Sequence record: DRR723986_1437
Direction: 5' to 3' (one strand)
Length of the DNA stretch: 64,000 nucleotides
Under the pieces are notes generated by a model. The model worked only from the letters and a program-made list of their open reading frames with translations, had not been told where the DNA came from and did no database searches. Position numbers and translations under genes: made by a program. Numbering within the stretch: position 1 is the first letter of the stretch; each line of letters begins with the position of its first letter. Of this stretch, positions 57,573 through 64,000 are shown piece by piece.

Positions 57573-58445
57573 ATGTCACTCAGCGCACCACCGCCTCAAC
57601 ACAACTTTATCGCGATTCTGTTAAGTAGCTGCTTTGTTCTGCTTATGGCGGAGATCCCGTTTTTGTTTACTACAGACTGGACCATTTCAGATGCGATTTT
57701 TGCGATCACACTTAATTTACTGCTCTCTTTTGCTCTCTGGTACTGGTGGCTTTTTGGAAGTAAAAGACCGATTCGCTCTGTCTTGATTTTTCAGTTTTCT
57801 CTTTTGTTAATCGTGCATCCATTCATCATTGGCATACATCACTGGGATCTTGTGAGTGGCTCTGGTGACATCTTGGCATTGAGTGGTTGGATTGAATTTA
57901 TCAATCCAAACTTCGCCCTTCTCGTACTGATTACTTCCACATTGGGAGCCTACGCAATCGCTCGAAATCGATCAGATCAACAATCTTTACGATCTTATTC
58001 AACCATCGAATGGACTTTATTGACCATCGACCTAAAGAGCCGAACCTTCGGCTCAATGAAAAATCTTCCTTTCATTCACTGGTTATATTGGCCACTTTGC
58101 CTAATTGGTGGAGCTTATCTTTTTTGGTTTATCAATGAATTTGCAGATCAACCTGGATTAGTCTCAAACGTAAAAATAATTGGAATCGTTCAGATGATCA
58201 CAATGATCCTCGCCTATCGTGTCGGACTATTTCTAGGTGAAGGTTTCCGCTTAATTCAGATTGAGAAAATGACTTCTGGCACTCGGTTCCATCTGGAAAA
58301 TCTCGATGAATTCATAAAATGGCGCCACGACTACGTGAAGTACCACCTGCCCGCCCCAATCCGAAAACTCAACCTGAGGCTGTTCAACCAACATGTGGAG
58401 GCGTATGAACGCCTCCAGAGCGAAGTTAAATCTTCATGCACTTAA
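57573..58445 (+). CDS. Multi-TM protein, candidate immunity protein
   Basis: 290 aa, about 6 TM segments, AT-rich, 19 nt downstream of the candidate toxin. Confidence 0.6.
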   Translation: MSLSAPPPQHNFIAILLSSCFVLLMAEIPFLFTTDWTISDAIFAITLNLLLSFALWYWWLFGSKRPIRSVLIFQFSLLLIVHPFIIGIHHWDLVSGSGDILALSGWIEFINPNFALLVLITSTLGAYAIARNRSDQQSLRSYSTIEWTLLTIDLKSRTFGSMKNLPFIHWLYWPLCLIGGAYLFWFINEFADQPGLVSNVKIIGIVQMITMILAYRVGLFLGEGFRLIQIEKMTSGTRFHLENLDEFIKWRHDYVKYHLPAPIRKLNLRLFNQHVEAYERLQSEVKSSCT

Positions 58446-58907
58446 TACAATTAAAGCCGGCGGTGACAGTAGCACCGCCCGTGCCATCGCAGTTTTGCGG
58501 TTTGTATTCTTCCTTGTATTCCGTGAACGCAAAGGTGACCACCTCAAGGTCACCATCGTCACCAGCACCCAACGAAATATCAATGTCGCTCACAATCACG
58601 TCTTTGAAAGTAATGCGCAAATATTCAAGCGGAACAAGACCCGACTTTCTCTTGGTCAACACCATGTTGTCGTAAAGCTGACCGATACAGGTTTGTGCAT
58701 GCAGCGTGGGAGAAGCACGGTCCACGCGCTTTTCAACACGTAAAGATTTCACTTCCGCGCGCCCTGCAGGTGCCAGTACACCCCCATTGGCACCCACCTC
58801 CACCGCATGCCCCAACGTGCACTTAGCAGCTCCATTTCGCCCGCATGCTTCAAGTCAACCGACTCGCCTTTCACATTGCCCAATTTCAAAAACAGATCTG
58901 CTGGCAT
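58426..58907 (-). pseudogene. hcp: Frameshifted T6SS tube protein Hcp
   Basis: N-terminus MPADLFLKLGNVKGESVDLKHAGEMELLSARWGM in one frame; C-terminus KRVDRASP...EYLRITFKDVIVS...EVVTFAF in another; 482 nt span is not a multiple of 3. Confidence 0.8.
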
Positions 58908-59019
58908 CGTGCCCCAACTCCAAGAATTTAAATAATCAGGAAGTGTAGTCAGCCAGCTATAGAGGGTAGAAATTTAGGTTGCTGTCACCCACTCAGGGTG
59001 ATACTTGAAAGGCCCAAAT

Positions 59020-59049
59020 AAAAAAGCAGCCCGAAGGCTGCTTTCTTTT
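59020..59049. terminator. Intrinsic terminator downstream of nrdB
   Basis: aaagcagcc-cgaa-ggctgcttt with flanking A/T runs. Confidence 0.85.
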
Positions 59050-59073
59050 ACATCACGGCTTGCAACTGGAAAA

Positions 59074-60276
59074 TTAATCCCAGCTCAACGCACCACCAGT
59101 TTGGTACTCAGTCACACGGCGCTCAAAGAAGTTGGTTTCTTTCTTCAAGTCCATCATTTCGCTCATCCATGGGAATGGGTTGGTTGCGCCTTCGTACAAG
59201 GTGCCCAAGCCAATCTGGTTGGAACGGCGGTTGCAAATAAACTTCATGTATTCCATAAACTGGGCAGAATTCAGGCCCAACACGCCGCGTGGCATGGTGT
59301 CTACGGCATACGCGTGTTCAAGTTCAACCGCCTTGCGGAACATGGCCTTGATCTCTTCCTTGAATTCCGGGGTCCACAGGTGTGGGTTTTCCAGTTTCAC
59401 GGTGTTGATCAGGTCGATACCGAATGTGCAGTGTGCAGACTCGTCGCGCAAAATGTACTGGAACTGCTCGGCAGCACCAATCATCTTGTTTTGGCGACCC
59501 AGCGCCAGAATTTGCACAAAGCCCACGTAGAAGAACATGCCTTCCATGATGCAAGCAAAAGCGATCAAGCTCTTCAGCAGTTTCTGGTCGTTTTCCAGCG
59601 TACCGGTTTTGAACTCGGGGTCAGTCAACACATCGATGAACGGAATCAGGAATTCGTCTTTGTCACGAATGCATTTGATTTCGTTGTACGCATTGAAGGT
59701 TTCCGCTTCAGGAATACCCAGGCTTTCTACGATGTACTGGTAAGCATGGGTGTGAATGGCTTCATCAAACGCCTGGCGCAGCAAAAACTGGCGGCACTCG
59801 GGCGCTGTAATGTGGCGGTAAGTACCCAGCACAATGTTGTTGGCAGCCAGTGAGTCGGCCGTTACAAAAAAGCCCAGGTTACGCTTCACGATCAGGCGCT
59901 CGTCTTCGGTCAAACCGTTGGGGTCTTTCCAAAGCGCAATGTCGCGATCCATGTTGATTTCTTGCGGCATCCAGTGGTTGGCGCACTGGCTCAAATACTT
60001 TTCCCAAGCCCACTTGTACTTGAAGGGCACCAGCTGGTTAACGTCGGTTGTACCGTTAATTACACGCTTGTCGGCGGCGTTTACACGGCCTGCTTTCGCA
60101 CCTTCAGCAGCGGGCTGCACCACAGGGCGCGCAGCTTGCTGATACAAACCTTGGCTGGCTGGCGCAGCAAAACCCGAAGCCACAGAACCCATGGCGGGCG
60201 GCATTTGCACGGGGGGCTTGGCAGCAGTTGCTGTTTTGCCCATGGCTGCATCAAATTCATCGTCCCAAGACAGCAT
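59074..60276 (-). CDS. nrdB: Ribonucleotide reductase class Ia beta subunit
   Basis: [35 protein letters not shown]; start taken at MLSWDD. Confidence 0.95.
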   Translation of the reverse strand: MLSWDDEFDAAMGKTATAAKPPVQMPPAMGSVASGFAAPASQGLYQQAARPVVQPAAEGAKAGRVNAADKRVINGTTDVNQLVPFKYKWAWEKYLSQCANHWMPQEINMDRDIALWKDPNGLTEDERLIVKRNLGFFVTADSLAANNIVLGTYRHITAPECRQFLLRQAFDEAIHTHAYQYIVESLGIPEAETFNAYNEIKCIRDKDEFLIPFIDVLTDPEFKTGTLENDQKLLKSLIAFACIMEGMFFYVGFVQILALGRQNKMIGAAEQFQYILRDESAHCTFGIDLINTVKLENPHLWTPEFKEEIKAMFRKAVELEHAYAVDTMPRGVLGLNSAQFMEYMKFICNRRSNQIGLGTLYEGATNPFPWMSEMMDLKKETNFFERRVTEYQTGGALSWD

Positions 60277-60394
60277 ATTTTCTAACTCCTTAACTAATAC
60301 ACTGTATAAAGTCACAGTGTCATTATGTTCATTTTTATTCACTTGGGCAAGTCTTGGCCACTTGCCCAAATCGCTGGTCTTTTATTCAAAAAAC

Positions 60395-63331
60395 TTACTG
60401 GCAAGCCTCGCACTCGTCGAAGCCAGCATCGCCTGGGCGCATGGTGCACACCTTGCCCTCAATCTCAGGTTCAGGCAGGTTGGGCACCAAGCCAGTGGCC
60501 GGGGCTGATGTAAACGCGGCAGAGGCACCACCTTCAGCATTCACCGAGTTCAGTTCACCACCGCTCAAAGTGGATTTCTCTGCATGGGTAGCACCGATCG
60601 TGCGTAGGTAGTAGGTTGTTTTCAAACCGCGCAACCAGGCCAATTTGTAAGTGTCATCCAGGCGTTTACCGCTAGCACCCGCCATGTAAATGTTCAAGCT
60701 TTGGCCTTGGTCAATCCATTTCTGGCGACGGGCTGCCGCTTCAACCAACCAACGCGGGTCCATTTCAAAGGCTGTGGCATACAGGCGCTTCAAATCTTCC
60801 GGAATGCGATCAATCTTCATCACAGAACCGTCAAAGTACTTCAGGTCGGCAATCATGACTTCGTCCCAAATACCCAAGCGCTTCAAGTCGCGCACCAGGT
60901 GTTCGTTCACGATGGTGAATTCGCCACTCAGGTTCGATTTCACATACAGGTTCTGGAATGTCGGCTCGATCGATGCAGCCACACCAATAATGTTGGAAAT
61001 GGTTGCTGTGGGTGCAATGGCCACACAGTTGGAGTTGCGCATGCCGTGCTTCTTGATGCGTGCACGCAGAGCGTCCCAATCCATACGGCTGCTTGTATCC
61101 ACTTCCACGTAACCGCCGCGCTCTTCTTCCAGCAACTTCAGTGAATCCAAAGGCATGATGCCCTTGTCCCACAGCGAGCCCTTGAAGGTGCTATAGGCGC
61201 CGCGCTCGGCGGCCAGTTCTGTGGATGCTTCATAAGCGTAGTAGCAAATGGCTTCCATGCTTTCGTCGGCAAACTCAACTGCATCGCGGCTTGCATAGGG
61301 TTTGCGCATCATGTGCAAGGCATCCTGGAAGCCCATCATGCCCAAGCCCACCGGGCGGTGACGCAGGTTGGAATTGCGCGCCTTGGCCACTGCGTAGTAG
61401 TTGATGTCGATCACGTTGTCCAGCATACGCATGGCCACGCCCACGGTTTTCTGCAGTTTCTCGTGGTCCAGCACCAGCTCGCCGTTGTCGGCAGGCTTCA
61501 AGTGGCGTGTCAGGTTCACAGAACCGAGGTTACACACCGCAATTTCGTTTTCGTTGGTGTTCAGGGTAATTTCTGTACACAGGTTGGACGAGTGCACCAC
61601 GCCCACATGTTGCTGGGGGCTGCGAATGTTGCAAGGGTCTTTGAAAGTAATCCAGGGGTGTCCGGTTTCAAACAGCATGGAGAGAATTTTTCTCCACAGC
61701 TTGGCTGCTTCCACGGTTTTGAACAACTTCAAATCGCCACGCGCGGCTTTCTCTTCATAGCCCACATAGGCTTTTTCGAAGGCCTTGCCATACAGGTCGT
61801 GAAGATCAGGTACGTCGGATGGGCTGAACAGTGTCCAATTGCCACCTTCCATCACACGCTTCATGAACAGGTCGGGAATCCAGTTCGCGGTGTTCATGTC
61901 GTGGGTGCGGCGGCGGTCATCGCCAGTGTTCTTGCGCAATTCCAGGAATTCTTCGATGTCCAGATGCCATGTTTCCAGGTAAGCACACACCGCGCCTTTG
62001 CGCTTGCCACCCTGGTTTACGGCCACTGCGGTATCGTTCACCACTTTCAGGAAAGGCACCACACCTTGTGACTTGCCATTGGTGCCTTTGATGTGGCTGC
62101 CCAAGGCGCGAACTGGCGTCCAGTCATTGCCCAGGCCACCAGCAAACTTGGAAAGCAATGCGTTTTCCTTGATGCCTTCGTAAATATCGTCCAGGTCGTC
62201 ACCAATGGTGGTGAGGTAGCAAGAAGACAACTGCGAGCGAATGGTGCCGCTGTTAAACAATGTGGGCGTAGAGCTCATGAAGTCGAATGTCGACAACACT
62301 TCATAGAATTCAATGGCGCGTGCTTCACGGTCCACTTCATTGAGGGCCAGGCCCATGGCCACGCGCATGTAAAACGCCTGTGGCATTTCAATGCGGGTGC
62401 CTTCCACGTGCAGGAAGTAGCGGTCGTACAAGGTTTGCAGGCCGAGGTAATCGAACTGCAAATCGCGTTCGTACTTCAGGGCTGCGCCCAACTTCTTCAT
62501 ATCAAACTGTGCCAGGCGATTATCGAGCAGGCCAGCAGCAATGCCCTTCTTGATGAACTGGGGGAAGTACTCGGGGTACACCTGCGCCATTTCATCTTGC
62601 GCAATTTCGCGGCCGATAATTTCACGGCGGATGGTGTGCAGCAACAAGCGCGAGGTCACCAGTGTGTAACTGGGTTCGTTCTCGATCATGGCACGTGAGG
62701 CCAAAATCGCGGACTTGAACACTTCGTCGATTTTCACGCCGTCATACAGGTTCTTCAGGGTTTCTTTCTGAAGGTGTGCAACGTCAATTTCATTCAGGCC
62801 AACAGCCGCGCTTTCAATCAGCGCTTTCAGCGCTTCAACATCCAGAGGGCGCTTGATGTCGCCGTCGATCACATTCAGGGCATGTTGCTCGGCCTGTTCA
62901 ACCTGCTTGGCTGCACGCTCTTGCGCACGGCGTTCACGGTACAGCACATAGGCACGCGCCACTTCGGCCTCGCCGGAGCGCATCAGGGCCAGTTCAACCT
63001 GGTCTTGAATGTCTTCAATATGGAAAATGCCGCCAGAAGGCTGGCGACGCACCAAGGCGTTCACCACGCTGCCGGTCATTTGCTCAACCAGTTCGCGGAT
63101 GCGTGCAGAAGCGGCACCCTGGCCACCATTCACCGCCAAAAATGCTTTGGTCATGGCCACGGCAATTTTGCTGGGCTCAAAACCAACCACGGCACCATTT
63201 CGGCGAATAATTTTGTAGTTTGAGTACGCGCTGTCGACCACGGGCGCTGCACCTGCAGGCTTTAAGGTGGACAAGGGCGCACCAGTTGCCAAATTGCTCG
63301 CCAAATCTGAGGGTCCATGGCTAGTTAGCAT
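60395..63331 (-). CDS. nrdA: Ribonucleotide reductase class Ia alpha subunit
   Basis: ATP cone, STPTLFN, SSNLCTEI, APTATIS, C-terminal CEACQ. Confidence 0.95.
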   Translation of the reverse strand: MLTSHGPSDLASNLATGAPLSTLKPAGAAPVVDSAYSNYKIIRRNGAVVGFEPSKIAVAMTKAFLAVNGGQGAASARIRELVEQMTGSVVNALVRRQPSGGIFHIEDIQDQVELALMRSGEAEVARAYVLYRERRAQERAAKQVEQAEQHALNVIDGDIKRPLDVEALKALIESAAVGLNEIDVAHLQKETLKNLYDGVKIDEVFKSAILASRAMIENEPSYTLVTSRLLLHTIRREIIGREIAQDEMAQVYPEYFPQFIKKGIAAGLLDNRLAQFDMKKLGAALKYERDLQFDYLGLQTLYDRYFLHVEGTRIEMPQAFYMRVAMGLALNEVDREARAIEFYEVLSTFDFMSSTPTLFNSGTIRSQLSSCYLTTIGDDLDDIYEGIKENALLSKFAGGLGNDWTPVRALGSHIKGTNGKSQGVVPFLKVVNDTAVAVNQGGKRKGAVCAYLETWHLDIEEFLELRKNTGDDRRRTHDMNTANWIPDLFMKRVMEGGNWTLFSPSDVPDLHDLYGKAFEKAYVGYEEKAARGDLKLFKTVEAAKLWRKILSMLFETGHPWITFKDPCNIRSPQQHVGVVHSSNLCTEITLNTNENEIAVCNLGSVNLTRHLKPADNGELVLDHEKLQKTVGVAMRMLDNVIDINYYAVAKARNSNLRHRPVGLGMMGFQDALHMMRKPYASRDAVEFADESMEAICYYAYEASTELAAERGAYSTFKGSLWDKGIMPLDSLKLLEEERGGYVEVDTSSRMDWDALRARIKKHGMRNSNCVAIAPTATISNIIGVAASIEPTFQNLYVKSNLSGEFTIVNEHLVRDLKRLGIWDEVMIADLKYFDGSVMKIDRIPEDLKRLYATAFEMDPRWLVEAAARRQKWIDQGQSLNIYMAGASGKRLDDTYKLAWLRGLKTTYYLRTIGATHAEKSTLSGGELNSVNAEGGASAAFTSAPATGLVPNLPEPEIEGKVCTMRPGDAGFDECEACQ

Positions 63332-63396
63332 GCATCTTTCTCCTGGAATAAACGTGTTCTTGAGGGTTTGTTTTTGTAGTGGGGCAAAACTGGCAA

Positions 63397-63443
63397 CCAC
63401 TATATCTTGTGTTTTGTATGTGGCTTGAAACTAATTGTAGTGG
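63397..63443. promoter_or_regulatory. Tandem NrdR boxes
   Basis: ccactatatcttgtgt (63397-63412) and weaker aaactaattgtagtgg (63428-63443), 31 bp apart, upstream of nrdA. Confidence 0.75.
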
Positions 63444-63470
63444 TCGAAACACAATTTGGCAAACACTTTC

Positions 63471-63532
63471 TTATCCCCAACTTGTGCACAGAGTTATCCC
63501 CTGTGAACAAGTTGGGGACAAGCGTGGGATAA
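63471..63532. promoter_or_regulatory. Cluster of DnaA-box-like 9-mers
   Basis: TTATCCCCA, TTGTGCACA, TTATCCCCT, TGTGAACAA, TGGGGACAA, GTGGGATAA. Confidence 0.55.
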
Positions 63533-63544
63533 CTGCAGTGCAAC

Positions 63545-63569
63545 AAAAAAACGGCCTTTTAAAGGCCGT
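63545..63569 (-). terminator. Intrinsic terminator at the ampD stop
   Basis: acggcctt...aaggccgt hairpin with a T-run on the minus strand. Confidence 0.65.
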
Positions 63570-64000
63570 CTATTTGAAGTTCGTAGGTGTTTGATTTGCG
63601 TAGACCTTTCCAGTCAAAGAAGGGCCCTGGATCAGTTTTTCGGGTGGGTGCTATCTCGCTGTGCGCCATCGCATATCTCAGTGGATAACGTGCTTGTAAC
63701 TCCAAAGCAAGACGCTTCAGGCTGGCATATTGGGCTTGCTCGAATGGGGTGTAAATGTCGCCCAGCAATTCAATACCGATTGAAAAATGATTGAAATTAC
63801 TGCGGTCCATCGCGGCTGAAATTCCGGCATGCCAGGCCCGTTTTTCACACGACACGAATTGGGTGACAGCGCCGTCCCGGTCAATCAGAAAATGTGAAGA
63901 CACATGCAGGCCGATCAACTCGGCAAATGAGGCATGGGAATGACAATCGAGTCGATTCAAGAACAGGTCAGTGATCGGCGAGGGATCGCGTCCGCGCTCG
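63559..64000 (-). CDS. ampD: 1,6-anhydro-N-acetylmuramyl-L-alanine amidase (5' partial)
   Basis: VSSHFLI, AWHAG, SIGIEL, HSEIAP.RKTDPG; frame open to the window edge. Confidence 0.9.
   Translation of the reverse strand, partial: ERGRDPSPITDLFLNRLDCHSHASFAELIGLHVSSHFLIDRDGAVTQFVSCEKRAWHAGISAAMDRSNFNHFSIGIELLGDIYTPFEQAQYASLKRLALELQARYPLRYAMAHSEIAPTRKTDPGPFFDWKGLRKSNTYELQIDGL

Noticed and set aside
63471-63532. DnaA-box cluster as oriC
   Set aside because: Boxes are degenerate; no dnaA/gidA context or clear unwinding element; sits in the nrdA promoter region

Overview
64 kb of chromosome from a betaproteobacterium of the Burkholderiales. The gene order and moderate GC (roughly 50-55% by eye) suggest a Limnobacter-like organism; that is inference only. 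The core genes are glcDEF, nasST-like, pdxH, xerD, plsY, a double-length uvrA, DAHP synthase, tldD-nit-yhdP, glnE, mtgA-aroE-tonB-rnb-ubiC-yqiA-mpl, accBC-prmA, nrdAB and partial ampD. Four less obvious layers stand out. (1) Four scattered orphan loci each carry an hrp-box-like ECF promoter (GGAACY-N15-YYACTNA) and have S/T/P/Q-rich N-termini, suggesting a dispersed type III effector regulon; one encodes a 1140-aa protein with an IQ-like motif and a C-terminal OTU-like Cys/His domain. (2) A DUF3800 gene converges on a ~60-nt structured RNA that has its own sigma70 promoter and intrinsic terminator. (3) An unannotated Phe/Tyr/Trp-rich leader peptide and terminator form a likely attenuator upstream of DAHP synthase. 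(4) A ~14 kb accessory region (44.7-59 kb) holds a PAAR-metallopeptidase/immunity pair, a candidate pore-forming toxin/immunity pair and a frameshifted hcp. No rRNA, tRNA, CRISPR array or transposase was recognised. All calls are by eye from motifs; no database searches were run.
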